This document shows positions 39,557-54,600 of a DNA stretch of 64,000 nt, one piece after another. How positions within the stretch are numbered: position 1 is the first letter of the stretch; every line of letters begins with the position of its first letter. The position numbers and the translations under genes are program-made. The notes under the pieces are model-generated. The model had not been told where the DNA came from. It was given only the letters and a program-made list of their open reading frames with translations, and made no database searches. Source of the stretch: Auanema rhodensis (lineage: Eukaryota > Animalia > Nematoda); the NCBI GenBank assembly GCA_964057225.1, contig OZ059899.1, positions 16,058,001-16,122,000 on the forward strand, read 5' to 3'.

Positions 39557-40196
39557 CACTATGGAGCTCATTTTAGTGCAAAAAATTATCTCTATCGTCG
39601 TATAGGATTACGGTAGCCTTCTATTTCTATTATATTTCTACTTATTCCTTGTTTTTTGTTGTTTATTCACCTAATTTCTCTGTTTCTCATGAATATTTTT
39701 CTAATTCATCGTTACTTTTATCTTACAATGTGGAAAAAATAATTATATTTGAAGTTATTTCTGTCGTCGGCTATGATAAAGTCGGAATCTTTATCAGTGT
39801 TGTCAAAAACTGAATATATGTTTTCTCGAGGAGTATAGAACTTGCCGACTTCCAGCTTCGGCTTCATGTCTGTTTTCTGCAGTTCTCCTCTTTGAACACT
39901 GAGAAGACTTGTACGGCTTCTTGTGCGGCTGCCGACACAAGCGTCACTGCTGGTATCGGACGGGTAAAAATCTGGGCAAGCCAATGAGAATTTTTTGGCC
40001 ACCTTTGTAGGACTCTTGGTTTCGAAAAACCGAGAGTGGTGAACTACGTGTGGCCCGTTGACGTAAGGTGCGTAAGATTGTTTTAGATGTGTGTTAGGAA
40101 GAGAGAGAGTTTCAAGAGCAAAAGGACAGGCGTGCTTCGCTGGGCGATGCGGAGGGTATATGAAAGGGATTTTTTTCCAACAGTCTCTTCGGAGCA
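39557..40196 (-). mobile_element. 640-bp CACTATG fragment, copy 7
   Basis: 2520 bp after copy 6. Confidence 0.6.
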
Positions 40197-42253
40197 GCCT
40201 CAGACCGCTCGGCCATCTCACCATGATGTGACTATTTCTGTCGTATGTTATATTTAAATTTGATCATAGTAGTAGGGTAAAAACAATGTTAGCAACGTTG
40301 GAATGCCAAAAAATATCTGATGAGAGTGGGATTCGAACCCACGCCTCCGAAGAGACTGGTGCCTTAAACCAGCGCCTTAGACCGCTCGGCCATCTCACCA
40401 TGATGTGACTATTTCTGTCGTATGTTATATTTGAATTTGATCTTCGCAGTAGTGTAAAAACAATTCTAGCTACGTTGGAATATCAAAAATAATCTGATGA
40501 GAGTGGGATTCCAACCCACGCCTACGAAGAGACTGGTGACTAAAACCAGCGCCTTAGACCGCCCGGCCATCTTACCATGATGTGACTATTTCTGTCGTAT
40601 GTTATATTTGAATTTCATCATAGTAGTAGGGTAAAAACAATGTTAGCAACGTTGGAATGCCAAAAAATATCTGATGAGAGTGGGATTCGAACCCACGCCT
40701 CCGAAGAGACTGGTGCCTTAAACCAGCGCCTTAGACCGCTCGGCCATCTCACCATGATGTGACTATTTCTGTCGTATGTTATATTTGAATTTGATCATAG
40801 CAGTAGGGTAAAAACAATTCTAGCTACGTTGGAATGTCAAAAAATATCTGATGAGAGTGGGATTCGAACCCACGCCTCCGAAGAGACTGGTGCCTTAAAC
40901 CAGCGCCTTAGACCGCTCGGCCATCTCACCATGATGTGACTATTTCTGTCGTATGTTATATTTGAATTTGATCATAGCAGTAGGGTAAAAACAATTCTAG
41001 CTACGTTGGAATGTCAAAAAATATCTGATGAGAGTGGGATTCGAACCCACGCCTCCGAAGAGACTGGTGCCTTAAACCAGCGCCTTAGACCGCTCGGCCA
41101 TCTCACCATGATGTGACTATTTCTGTCGTATGTTATATTTGAATTTGATCATCGCAGTAGGGTAAAAACAATTCTAGCTACGTTGGAATGTCAAAAAATA
41201 TCTGATGAGAGTGGGATTCGAACCCACGCCTACGAAGAGACTGGTGACTAAAACCAGCGCCTTAGACCGCTCGGCCATCTCACCATGATGTGACTACTTC
41301 TGTTGTATGCTATATTCGAATTTCATCATCGCAGTAGGGTAAAAACAATTTTAGCTAAGTTGGAATGCCAAAAACTATCTGATGAGAGTGGGATTCGAAC
41401 CCACGCCTCCGAAGAGACTGGTGCCTAAAACCAGCGCCTTAGACCGCCCGGCCATCTCACCATGATGTGACTATTTCTGTCGTATGTTATATTTGAATTT
41501 GATCATCGCAGTAGGGTAAAAACAATGTTAGCAACGTTGGAATGCCAAAAAATATCTGATGAGAGTGGGATTCGAACCCACGCCTCCGAAGAGACTGGTG
41601 CCTTAAACCAGCGCCTTAGACCGCTCGGCCGTGTCACCATGATGTGACTATTTCTGTCGTATGTTATATTTGAATTTGATCATCGCAGTAGGGTAAAAAC
41701 AATTCTAGCTACGTTGGAATGTCAAAAAATATCTGATGAGAGTGGGATTCGAACCCACGCCTCCGAAGAGACTGGTGCCTTAAACCAGCGCCTTAGACCG
41801 CTCGGCCATCTCACCATGATGTGACTACTTCTGTTGTATGCTATATTCGAATTTGATCATCGCAGTAGGGTAAAAACAATTTTAGCTAAGTTGGAATGCC
41901 AAAAAATATCTGATGAGAGTGGGATTCGAACCCACGCCTCCGAAGAGACTGGTGCCTAAAACCAGCGCCTTAGACCGCTCGGCCATCTCACCATGATCTG
42001 ACTACTTCTGTTGTATGCTATATTCGAATTTCATCATCGCAGTAGGGTAAAAACAATTTTAGCTAAGTTGGAATGCCAAAAAATATCTGATGAGAGTGGG
42101 ATTCGAACCCACGCCTCCGAAGAGACTGGTGCCTAAAACCAGCGCCTTAGACCGTTCGGCCATCTCACCATGATGTGACTACTTCTGTTTTATGTTCCAA
42201 CCCACGCCTCCGAAGAGACTAGTGCTTTTAACCAGCGCCTTAGACCGCTCGGC

Positions 42254-42893
42254 CACTATGGAGCTCATTTTAGTGCAAAAAATTATCTCTATCGTCGTAT
42301 AGGATTACGGTAGCCTTCTATTTCTATTATATTTCTACTTATTCCTTGTTTTTTGTTGTTTATTCACCTAATTTCTCTGTTTCTCATGAATATTTTTCTA
42401 ATTCATCGTTACTTTTATCTTACAATGTGGAAAAAATAATTATATTTGAAGTTATTTCTGTCGTCGGCTATGATAAAGTCGGAATCTTTATCAGTGTTGT
42501 CAAAAACTGAATATATGTTTTCTCGAGGAGTATAGAACTTGCCGACTTCCAGCTTCGGCTTCATGTCTGTTTTCTGCAGTTCTCCTCTTTGAACACTGAG
42601 AAGACTTGTACGGCTTCTTGTGCGGCTGCCGACACAAGCGTCACTGCTGGTATCGGACGGGTAAAAATCTGGGCAAGCCAATGAGAATTTTTTGGCCACC
42701 TTTGTAGGACTCTTGGTTTCGAAAAACCGAGAGTGGTGAACTACGTGTGGCCCGTTGACGTAAGGTGCGTAAGATCGTTTTAGATGTGTGTTAGGAAGAG
42801 AGAGAGTTTCAAGAGCAAAAGGACAGGCGTGCTTCGCTGGGCGATGCGGAGGGTATATGAAAGGGATTTTTTTCCAACAGTCTCTTCGGAGCA
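42254..42893 (-). mobile_element. 640-bp CACTATG fragment, copy 8
   Basis: 2697 bp after copy 7. Confidence 0.6.
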
Positions 42894-45800
42894 GCCTCAG
42901 ACCGCTCGGCCATCTCACCATGATGTGACTATTTCTGTCGTATGTTATATTTAAATTTGATCATAGTAGTAGGGTAAAAACAATGTTAGCAACGTTGGAA
43001 TGCCAAAAAATATCTGATGAGAGTGGGATTCGAACCCACGCCTCCGAAGAGACTGGTGCCTTAAACCAGCGCCTTAGACCGCTCGGCCATCTCACCATGA
43101 TGTGACTATTTCTGTCGTATGTTATATTTGAATTTGATCTTCGCAGTAGTGTAAAAACAATTCTAGCTACGTTGGAATATCAAAAATAATCTGATGAGAG
43201 TGGGATTCCAACCCACGCCTACGAAGAGACTGGTGACTAAAACCAGCGCCTTAGACCGCCCGGCCATCTTACCATGATGTGACTATTTCTGTCGTATGTT
43301 ATATTTGAATTTCATCATAGTAGTAGGGTAAAAACAATGTTAGCAACGTTGGAATGCCAAAAAATATCTGATGAGAGTGGGATTCGAACCCACGCCTCCG
43401 AAGAGACTGGTGCCTTAAACCAGCGCCTTAGACCGCTCGGCCATCTCACCATGATGTGACTATTTCTGTCGTATGTTATATTTGAATTTGATCATAGCAG
43501 TAGGGTAAAAACAATTCTAGCTACGTTGGAATGTCAAAAAATATCTGATGAGAGTGGGATTCGAACCCACGCCTCCGAAGAGACTGGTGCCTTAAACCAG
43601 CGCCTTAGACCGCTCGGCCATCTCACCATGATGTGACTATTTCTGTCGTATGTTATATTTGAATTTGATCATAGCAGTAGGGTAAAAACAATTCTAGCTA
43701 CGTTGGAATGTCAAAAAATATCTGATGAGAGTGGGATTCGAACCCACGCCTCCGAAGAGACTGGTGCCTTAAACCAGCGCCTTAGACCGCTCGGCCATCT
43801 CACCATGATGTGACTATTTCTGTCGTATGTTATATTTGAATTTGATCATCGCAGTAGGGTAAAAACAATTTTAGCTAAGTTGGAATGTCAAAAAATATCT
43901 GATGAGAGTGGGATTCGAACCCACGCCTACGAAGAGACTGGTGACTAAAACCAGCGCCTTAGACCGCCCGGCCATCTTACCATGATGTGACTATTTCTGT
44001 CGTATGTTATATTTGAATTTCATCATAGTAGTAGGGTAAAAACAATGTTAGCAACGTTGGAATGCCAAAAAATATCTGATGAGAGTGGGATTCGAACCCA
44101 CGCCTCCGAAGAGACTGGTGCCTAAAACCAGCGCCTTAGACCGCTCGGCCGTGTCACCATGATGTGACTACTTCTGTTGTATGCTATATTCGAATTTGAT
44201 CATCGCAGTAGGGTAAAAACAATTTTAGCTAAGTTGGAATGTCAAAAAATATCTGATGAGAGTGGGATTCGAACCCACGCCTCCGAAGAGACTGGTGCCT
44301 TAAACCAGCGCCTTAGACCGCTCGGCCATCTCACCATGATGTGACTATTTCTGTCGTATGTTATATTTGAATTTGATCATCGCAGTAGGGTAAAAACAAT
44401 TTTAGCTAAGTTGGAATGCCAAAAAATATCTGATGAGAGTGGGATTCGAACCCACGCCTCCGAAGAGACTGGTGCCTTAAACCAGCGCCTTAGACCGCTC
44501 GGTCATCTCACCATGATGTGACTATTTCTGTCGTATGTTATATTTAAATTTGATCATAGTAGTAGGGTAAAAACAATTTTAGCTAAGTTGGAATGCCAAA
44601 AAATATCTGATGAGAGTGGGATTTTAACCCACGCCTCCGAAGAGACTGGTGCCTTAAACCAGCGCCTTAGACCGCTCGGCCGTGTCACCATGATGTGACT
44701 ATTTCTGTCGTATGTTATATTTGAATTTGATCATCGCAGTAGGGTAAAAACAATTCTAGCTACGTTGGAATGTCAAAAAATATCTGATGAGAGTGGGATT
44801 CGAACCCACGCCTCCGAAGAGACTGGTGCCTAAAACCAGCGCCTTAGACCGCCCGGCCATCTCACCATGATGTGACTATTTCTGTCGTATGTTATATTTG
44901 AATTTGATCATCGCAGTAGGGTAAAAACAATGTTAGCAACGTTGGAATGCCAAAAAATATCTGATGAGAGTGGGATTCGAACCCACGCCTCCGAAGAGAC
45001 TGGTGCCTTAAACCAGCGCCTTAGACCGCTCGGCCGTGTCACCATGATGTGACTATTTCAGTCGTATGTTATATTTGAATTTGATCATCGCAGTAGGGTA
45101 AAAACAATTCTAGCTACGTTGGAATGTCAAAAAATATCTGATGAGAGTGGGATTCGAACCCACGCCTCCGAAGAGACTGGTGCCTTAAACCAGCGCCTTA
45201 GACCGCTCGGCCATCTCACCATGATGTGACTACTTCTGTTGTATGCTATATTCGAATTTGATCATCGCAGTGGGGTAAAAACAATTCTAGCTACGTTGGA
45301 ATGTCAAAAAATATCTGATGAGAGTGGGATTCGAACCCACGCCTCCGAAGAGACTGGTGCCTAAAACCAGCGCCTTAGACCGCTCGGCCGTGTCACCATG
45401 ATGTGACTATTTCTGTCGTATGTTATATTTGAATTTGATCATCGCAGTAGGGTAAAAACAATTCTAGCTACGTTGGAATGTCAAAAAATATCTGATGAGA
45501 GTGGGATTCGAACCCACGCCTCCGAAGAGACTGGTGCCTTAAACCAGCGCCTTAGACCGCTCGGCCATCTCACCATGATGTGACTACTTCTGTTGTATGC
45601 TATATTCGAATTTGATCATCGCAGTGGGGTAAAAACAATTCTAGCTACGTTGGAATGTCAAAAAATATCTGATGAGAGTGGGATTCGAACCCACGCCTCC
45701 GAAGAGACTGGTGCCTAAAACCAGCGCCTTAGACCGCTCGGCCGTGTCACCATGATGTGACTATTTCTGTCGTATGTTATATTTGAATTTGATCATCGCA

Positions 45801-46263
45801 GTAGGGTAAAAACAATTCTAGCTACGTTGGAATGTCAAAAAATATCTGATGAGAGTGGGATTCGAACCCACGCCTCCGAAGAGACTGGTGCCTTAAACCA
45901 GCGCCTTAGACCGCTCGGCCATCTCACCATGATGTGACTACTTCTGTTGTATGCTATATTCGAATTTGATCATCGCAGTGGGGTAAAAACAATTCTAGCT
46001 ACGTTGGAATGTCAAAAAATATCTGATGAGAGTGGGATTCGAACCCACGCCTCCGAAGAGACTGGTGCCTAAAACCAGCGCCTTAGACCGCTCGGCCGTG
46101 TCACCATGATGTGACTATTTCTGTCGTATGTTATATTTGAATTTGATCATCGCAGTAGGGTAAAAACAATTCTAGCTACGTTGGAATGTCAAAAAATATC
46201 TGATGAGAGTGGGATTCGAACCCACGCCTCCGAAGAGACTGGTGCCTTAAACCAGCGCCTTAG

Positions 46264-46644
46264 TGTCACATCTGCAAGCACATGGTAAACATGTGCGCGC
46301 TATTCAAATAGCGGGAGCCTGAACAAGCCCCGCCCACAACATGGGACACACATGGCACTCTTGCTTCTGGCCTAACCCAGATAGGTTGTCTTATAGCCAT
46401 GTGAGTCTCATCTCTATATCATCTATATATATACTCTATTTAATACTTTATTATATCTCTTTATATTCTTTCTTAATGTAATTCTTATATTGTATTTTCT
46501 TGTTATCTGATAATGAATCCTTTTCTCTTTGAGTATTTGTCTTAATAAGGAAATCGGAGCGTTCGGGTCTGCCTACCTAAGGAACAAGGTAGAAGTACAT
46601 ATATCTTCCGACCATGAAAAGACGGGAAGAAACAATATGTAACG
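46264..46644 (+). repeat. 5' LTR (381 bp)
   Basis: Begins TG; imperfect terminal inverted repeat TGTCACAT/ATGTAACG; TATATATA near 46425. The 3' end is defined by the PBS and by the 23-bp copy at 48197-48219. Confidence 0.8.
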
Positions 46645-46657
46645 TGGAGGTTCCACC
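46645..46657 (+). promoter_or_regulatory. Primer-binding site complementary to the tRNA-Gln 3' end
   Basis: TGGAGGTTCCACC is the reverse complement of GGTGGAACCT-CCA, the 3' end of animal tRNA-Gln. Confidence 0.85.
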
Positions 46658-47796
46658 TTGCTTACTTTACTGTTAATTTATTGACAGCAAGTTTACGAGA
46701 CTTTTGGACTTAATTACCCAACAGTGAGGAGTAACCGAGCCGTGCACCATGATTTCCCCAAAAATTATTTTGGCTACCACTTCTCCTCCGCTCAACGAAA
46801 ACTGGGAGGTGTCTGAGACGTTTGGGGAAACTATCAGACAATAGTTTTGACGAGCGTTACCTTTTTGTTATGCACGCGCGTGCTATTTTGATTCATTACT
46901 TTATGATGTGAATGTCCAGTGTGGCAACAGAGCTCACTTTTTAGCTGAGTTGTTTGGAAGCTGGAGGCTGTTGGGATAATTTTATTTACGATTTTTGATT
47001 TTGATTCACATCCAAGGGTTCATCAGGGTTCTACTCCTGTTAACTCTTTTCTTATTAGTTCAGAGATAATAAGAATATTTAAATTCCTACCCACCCAAGT
47101 CCACTCTACGTCTGCCAACGTTTCCTTTTTCCTATATTATTGACAGATTACTGAATTTAAATTCCTATATCAATCTTAAATTACCTTCTAAATCTTTTGA
47201 AATTAAATTAAAAATTATCTTAATTAAGATTTATTTTGGAATTCTTTCTACAAATCTTAATAAACTTTATAAAATTGAACTTAATATACGAGATGAGACA
47301 TTTTTGTTTACTTTAAGCTTACTCACATTCAAATAGTTGGCCCACGCGTACCAGCTGTTCGGCATGTGTAGGCAATAACAGCTGTTAAAATTCAAAAGTT
47401 TTCAAACAGGCTTAAGGCACCATCTGTGATTCCTTATTTGTCTCTAAGCTGACATAAGTGATTATAATATTCAAATATCACGACAGACGGTCAATGGTTG
47501 TTTACCATAAGCGCTAACATCTGGTGTCGTGACACATGGCTGGAGGCGGAGCTTGAAGCTTCAACGATCCTCCTTCATCAGACGCCATTGTCACAAACGT
47601 TTTTACTGGAGTCTAGTTGCTTCCAGTACGCGCTCTTATATTCATCTAACTGTATTCACCAGCCACCCTGTCGGACTCGGACATCAGCGAGGAAAACAAA
47701 GATCAGGAACAAGGATCACCAGAGGTACGCCAAGTTTTTGAATTTAATTCTAAAAACTTAAATACTCCATCCACCTACCTCTCTCCTTTTGAATTT

Positions 47797-48196
47797 TTGA
47801 GAGAAGAAGGTGATTCCTCTTCTTCTTCTCATTCTTCTTCTCTAACAATTAGAACGAGAAGTAAAAGCAGAAAGGCCATCACTGAGGAAACACCTCGGGC
47901 ACCTACTGAAGTACGAAATAGATCACCAAGTCGGTGGGCCGCTGCTATAACTAAAGCTTTTGAAAGAAAAATGACTCCTACCTCTCCATCTCCTAATTCT
48001 AATGTTGCTCCACCCTCTAGAAATATGGCAACTATTTTAAATTGCCATCTCTGTCCCAGGTATGACGGCTCTCGTAGCTTTCGTTCTTTTGTTGAATCTT
48101 TAAATAGATTTTTTAATGTTATGAATCTAAGCTTACCTGAGAGACTATTAATTTTGCCTCTTCTTTTGGAATCAAATGAAACAGCTCTCTCCTTGT
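47797..48196 (+). pseudogene. gag: Truncated gag-like ORF
   Basis: Ser/Pro/Arg-rich leader, then PRYDGSRSFRSFVESLNRFF...LPLLL...ALSLY, resembling the N-terminal capsid pattern of retrotransposon Gag. Cut by the deletion into the 3' LTR. Confidence 0.65.
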
Positions 48197-50981
48197 ACGG
48201 GAAGAAACAATATGTAACGTTAGACCGCTCGGCCATCTCACCATGATGTGACTACTTCTGTTGTATGCTATATTCGAATTTGATCATCGCAGTAGGGTAA
48301 AAACAATTTTAGCTAAGTTGGAATGCCAAAAAATATCTGATGAGAGTGGGATTCGAACCCACGCCTCCGAAGAGACTGGTGCCTAAAACCAGCGCCTTAG
48401 ACCGCTCGGCCATCTCACCATGATGTGACTACTTCTGTTGTATGCTATATTCGAATTTCATCATCGCAGTAGGGTAAAAACAATTTTAGCTAAGTTGGAA
48501 TGCCAAAAAATATCTGATGAGAGTGGGATTCGAACCCACGCCTCCGAAGAGACTGGTGCCTAAAACCAGCGCCTTAGACCGCTCGGCCATCTCACCATGA
48601 TGTGACTACTTCTGTTGTATGCTATATTCGAATTTCATCATCGCAGTAGGGTAAAAACAATTCTAGCTACGTTGGAATGTCAAAAAATATCTGATGAGAG
48701 TGGGATTCGAACCCACGCCTCCGAAGAGACTGGTGCCTTAAACCAGCGCCTTAGACCGCTCGGCCATCTCACCATGATGTGACTACTTCTGTTGTATGCT
48801 ATATTCGAATTTGATCATCGCAGTGGGGTAAAAACAATTCTAGCTACGTTGGAATGTCAAAAAATATCTGATGAGAGTGGGATTCGAACCCACGCCTCCG
48901 AAGAGACTGGTGCCTTAAACCAGCGCCTTAGACCGCTCGGCCATCTCACCATGATGTGACTATTTCTGTCGTATGTTATATTTAAATTTGATCATAGTAG
49001 TAGGGTAAAAACAATGTTAGCAACGTTGGAATGCCAAAAAATATCTGATGAGAGTGGGATTCGAACCCACGCCTCCGAAGAGACTGGTGCCTTAAACCAG
49101 CGCCTTAGACCGCTCGGCCATCTCACCATGATGTGACTATTTCTGTCGTATGTTATATTTGAATTTGATCTTCGCAGTAGTGTAAAAACAATTCTAGCTA
49201 CGTTGGAATATCAAAAATAATCTGATGAGAGTGGGATTCCAACCCACGCCTACGAAGAGACTGGTGACTAAAACCAGCGCCTTAGACCGCCCGGCCATCT
49301 TACCATGATGTGACTATTTCTGTCGTATGTTATATTTGAATTTCATCATAGTAGTAGGGTAAAAACAATGTTAGCAACGTTGGAATGCCAAAAAATATCT
49401 GATGAGAGTGGGATTCGAACCCACGCCTCCGAAGAGACTGGTGCCTTAAACCAGCGCCTTAGACCGCTCGGCCATCTCACCATGATGTGACTATTTCTGT
49501 CGTATGTTATATTTGAATTTGATCATAGCAGTAGGGTAAAAACAATTCTAGCTACGTTGGAATGTCAAAAAATATCTGATGAGAGTGGGATTCGAACCCA
49601 CGCCTCCGAAGAGACTGGTGCCTTAAACCAGCGCCTTAGACCGCTCGGCCATCTCACCATGATGTGACTATTTCTGTCGTATGTTATATTTGAATTTGAT
49701 CATAGCAGTAGGGTAAAAACAATTCTAGCTACGTTGGAATGTCAAAAAATATCTGATGAGAGTGGGATTCGAACCCACGCCTCCGAAGAGACTGGTGCCT
49801 TAAACCAGCGCCTTAGACCGCTCGGCCATCTCACCATGATGTGACTATTTCTGTCGTATGTTATATTTGAATTTGATCATCGCAGTAGGGTAAAAACAAT
49901 TCTAGCTACGTTGGAATGTCAAAAAATATCTGATGAGAGTGGGATTCGAACCCACGCCTACGAAGAGACTGGTGACTAAAACCAGCGCCTTAGACCGCTC
50001 GGCCATCTCACCATGATGTGACTACTTCTGTTGTATGCTATATTCGAATTTCATCATCGCAGTAGGGTAAAAACAATTTTAGCTAAGTTGGAATGCCAAA
50101 AACTATCTGATGAGAGTGGGATTCGAACCCACGCCTCCGAAGAGACTGGTGCCTAAAACCAGCGCCTTAGACCGCCCGGCCATCTCACCATGATGTGACT
50201 ATTTCTGTCGTATGTTATATTTGAATTTGATCATCGCAGTAGGGTAAAAACAATGTTAGCAACGTTGGAATGCCAAAAAATATCTGATGAGAGTGGGATT
50301 CGAACCCACGCCTCCGAAGAGACTGGTGCCTTAAACCAGCGCCTTAGACCGCTCGGCCGTGTCACCATGATGTGACTATTTCTGTCGTATGTTATATTTG
50401 AATTTGATCATCGCAGTAGGGTAAAAACAATTCTAGCTACGTTGGAATGTCAAAAAATATCTGATGAGAGTGGGATTCGAACCCACGCCTCCGAAGAGAC
50501 TGGTGCCTTAAACCAGCGCCTTAGACCGCTCGGCCATCTCACCATGATGTGACTACTTCTGTTGTATGCTATATTCGAATTTGATCATCGCAGTAGGGTA
50601 AAAACAATTTTAGCTAAGTTGGAATGCCAAAAAATATCTGATGAGAGTGGGATTCGAACCCACGCCTCCGAAGAGACTGGTGCCTAAAACCAGCGCCTTA
50701 GACCGCTCGGCCATCTCACCATGATCTGACTACTTCTGTTGTATGCTATATTCGAATTTCATCATCGCAGTAGGGTAAAAACAATTTTAGCTAAGTTGGA
50801 ATGCCAAAAAATATCTGATGAGAGTGGGATTCGAACCCACGCCTCCGAAGAGACTGGTGCCTAAAACCAGCGCCTTAGACCGTTCGGCCATCTCACCATG
50901 ATGTGACTACTTCTGTTTTATGTTCCAACCCACGCCTCCGAAGAGACTAGTGCTTTTAACCAGCGCCTTAGACCGCTCGGC

Positions 50982-51621
50982 CACTATGGAGCTCATTTTA
51001 GTGCAAAAAATTATCTCTATCGTCGTATAGGATTACGGTAGCCTTCTATTTCTATTATATTTCTACTTATTCCTTGTTTTTTGTTGTTTATTCACCTAAT
51101 TTCTCTGTTTCTCATGAATATTTTTCTAATTCATCGTTACTTTTATCTTACAATGTGGAAAAAATAATTATATTTGAAGTTATTTCTGTCGTCGGCTATG
51201 ATAAAGTCGGAATCTTTATCAGTGTTGTCAAAAACTGAATATATGTTTTCTCGAGGAGTATAGAACTTGCCGACTTCCAGCTTCGGCTTCATGTCTGTTT
51301 TCTGCAGTTCTCCTCTTTGAACACTGAGAAGACTTGTACGGCTTCTTGTGCGGCTGCCGACACAAGCGTCACTGCTGGTATCGGACGGGTAAAAATCTGG
51401 GCAAGCCAATGAGAATTTTTTGGCCACCTTTGTAGGACTCTTGGTTTCGAAAAACCGAGAGTGGTGAACTACGTGTGGCCCGTTGACGTAAGGTGCGTAA
51501 GATCGTTTTAGATGTGTGTTAGGAAGAGAGAGAGTTTCAAGAGCAAAAGGACAGGCGTGCTTCGCTGGGCGATGCGGAGGGTATATGAAAGGGATTTTTT
51601 TCCAACAGTCTCTTCGGAGCA
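50982..51621 (-). mobile_element. 640-bp CACTATG fragment, copy 9
   Basis: Duplicate of copy 8 (offset 8728; shares the LKRSY variant). Confidence 0.6.
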
Positions 51622-54600
51622 GCCTCAGACCGCTCGGCCATCTCACCATGATGTGACTATTTCTGTCGTATGTTATATTTAAATTTGATCATAGTAGTAG
51701 GGTAAAAACAATGTTAGCAACGTTGGAATGCCAAAAAATATCTGATGAGAGTGGGATTCGAACCCACGCCTCCGAAGAGACTGGTGCCTTAAACCAGCGC
51801 CTTAGACCGCTCGGCCATCTCACCATGATGTGACTATTTCTGTCGTATGTTATATTTGAATTTGATCTTCGCAGTAGTGTAAAAACAATTCTAGCTACGT
51901 TGGAATATCAAAAATAATCTGATGAGAGTGGGATTCCAACCCACGCCTACGAAGAGACTGGTGACTAAAACCAGCGCCTTAGACCGCCCGGCCATCTTAC
52001 CATGATGTGACTATTTCTGTCGTATGTTATATTTGAATTTCATCATAGTAGTAGGGTAAAAACAATGTTAGCAACGTTGGAATGCCAAAAAATATCTGAT
52101 GAGAGTGGGATTCGAACCCACGCCTCCGAAGAGACTGGTGCCTTAAACCAGCGCCTTAGACCGCTCGGCCATCTCACCATGATGTGACTATTTCTGTCGT
52201 ATGTTATATTTGAATTTGATCATAGCAGTAGGGTAAAAACAATTCTAGCTACGTTGGAATGTCAAAAAATATCTGATGAGAGTGGGATTCGAACCCACGC
52301 CTCCGAAGAGACTGGTGCCTTAAACCAGCGCCTTAGACCGCTCGGCCATCTCACCATGATGTGACTATTTCTGTCGTATGTTATATTTGAATTTGATCAT
52401 AGCAGTAGGGTAAAAACAATTCTAGCTACGTTGGAATGTCAAAAAATATCTGATGAGAGTGGGATTCGAACCCACGCCTCCGAAGAGACTGGTGCCTTAA
52501 ACCAGCGCCTTAGACCGCTCGGCCATCTCACCATGATGTGACTATTTCTGTCGTATGTTATATTTGAATTTGATCATCGCAGTAGGGTAAAAACAATTTT
52601 AGCTAAGTTGGAATGTCAAAAAATATCTGATGAGAGTGGGATTCGAACCCACGCCTACGAAGAGACTGGTGACTAAAACCAGCGCCTTAGACCGCCCGGC
52701 CATCTTACCATGATGTGACTATTTCTGTCGTATGTTATATTTGAATTTCATCATAGTAGTAGGGTAAAAACAATGTTAGCAACGTTGGAATGCCAAAAAA
52801 TATCTGATGAGAGTGGGATTCGAACCCACGCCTCCGAAGAGACTGGTGCCTAAAACCAGCGCCTTAGACCGCTCGGCCGTGTCACCATGATGTGACTACT
52901 TCTGTTGTATGCTATATTCGAATTTGATCATCGCAGTAGGGTAAAAACAATTTTAGCTAAGTTGGAATGTCAAAAAATATCTGATGAGAGTGGGATTCGA
53001 ACCCACGCCTCCGAAGAGACTGGTGCCTTAAACCAGCGCCTTAGACCGCTCGGCCATCTCACCATGATGTGACTATTTCTGTCGTATGTTATATTTGAAT
53101 TTGATCATCGCAGTAGGGTAAAAACAATTTTAGCTAAGTTGGAATGCCAAAAAATATCTGATGAGAGTGGGATTCGAACCCACGCCTCCGAAGAGACTGG
53201 TGCCTTAAACCAGCGCCTTAGACCGCTCGGTCATCTCACCATGATGTGACTATTTCTGTCGTATGTTATATTTAAATTTGATCATAGTAGTAGGGTAAAA
53301 ACAATTTTAGCTAAGTTGGAATGCCAAAAAATATCTGATGAGAGTGGGATTTTAACCCACGCCTCCGAAGAGACTGGTGCCTTAAACCAGCGCCTTAGAC
53401 CGCTCGGCCGTGTCACCATGATGTGACTATTTCTGTCGTATGTTATATTTGAATTTGATCATCGCAGTAGGGTAAAAACAATTCTAGCTACGTTGGAATG
53501 TCAAAAAATATCTGATGAGAGTGGGATTCGAACCCACGCCTCCGAAGAGACTGGTGCCTAAAACCAGCGCCTTAGACCGCCCGGCCATCTCACCATGATG
53601 TGACTATTTCTGTCGTATGTTATATTTGAATTTGATCATCGCAGTAGGGTAAAAACAATGTTAGCAACGTTGGAATGCCAAAAAATATCTGATGAGAGTG
53701 GGATTCGAACCCACGCCTCCGAAGAGACTGGTGCCTTAAACCAGCGCCTTAGACCGCTCGGCCGTGTCACCATGATGTGACTATTTCAGTCGTATGTTAT
53801 ATTTGAATTTGATCATCGCAGTAGGGTAAAAACAATTCTAGCTACGTTGGAATGTCAAAAAATATCTGATGAGAGTGGGATTCGAACCCACGCCTCCGAA
53901 GAGACTGGTGCCTTAAACCAGCGCCTTAGACCGCTCGGCCATCTCACCATGATGTGACTACTTCTGTTGTATGCTATATTCGAATTTGATCATCGCAGTG
54001 GGGTAAAAACAATTCTAGCTACGTTGGAATGTCAAAAAATATCTGATGAGAGTGGGATTCGAACCCACGCCTCCGAAGAGACTGGTGCCTAAAACCAGCG
54101 CCTTAGACCGCTCGGCCGTGTCACCATGATGTGACTATTTCTGTCGTATGTTATATTTGAATTTGATCATCGCAGTAGGGTAAAAACAATTCTAGCTACG
54201 TTGGAATGTCAAAAAATATCTGATGAGAGTGGGATTCGAACCCACGCCTCCGAAGAGACTGGTGCCTTAAACCAGCGCCTTAGACCGCTCGGCCATCTCA
54301 CCATGATGTGACTACTTCTGTTGTATGCTATATTCGAATTTGATCATCGCAGTGGGGTAAAAACAATTCTAGCTACGTTGGAATGTCAAAAAATATCTGA
54401 TGAGAGTGGGATTCGAACCCACGCCTCCGAAGAGACTGGTGCCTAAAACCAGCGCCTTAGACCGCTCGGCCGTGTCACCATGATGTGACTATTTCTGTCG
54501 TATGTTATATTTGAATTTGATCATCGCAGTAGGGTAAAAACAATTCTAGCTACGTTGGAATGTCAAAAAATATCTGATGAGAGTGGGATTCGAACCCACG

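Larger units (their letters stand above)
46264..48219 (+). mobile_element. Internally deleted LTR retrotransposon (probably Ty3/gypsy), copy 1
   Basis: TTAG target-site duplication (46260-46263 and 48220-48223), 5' LTR TGTCAC...GTAACG, PBS directly after it, gag-like ORF, and the last 23 bp of the LTR repeated at 48197-48219. Confidence 0.88.

Noticed and set aside
47498-48236. Small ORFs 47498-47761, 47529-47741 and antisense 47829-48236 (and their duplicates)
   Set aside because: No recognisable motifs; they lie in the retroelement leader or antisense to gag.
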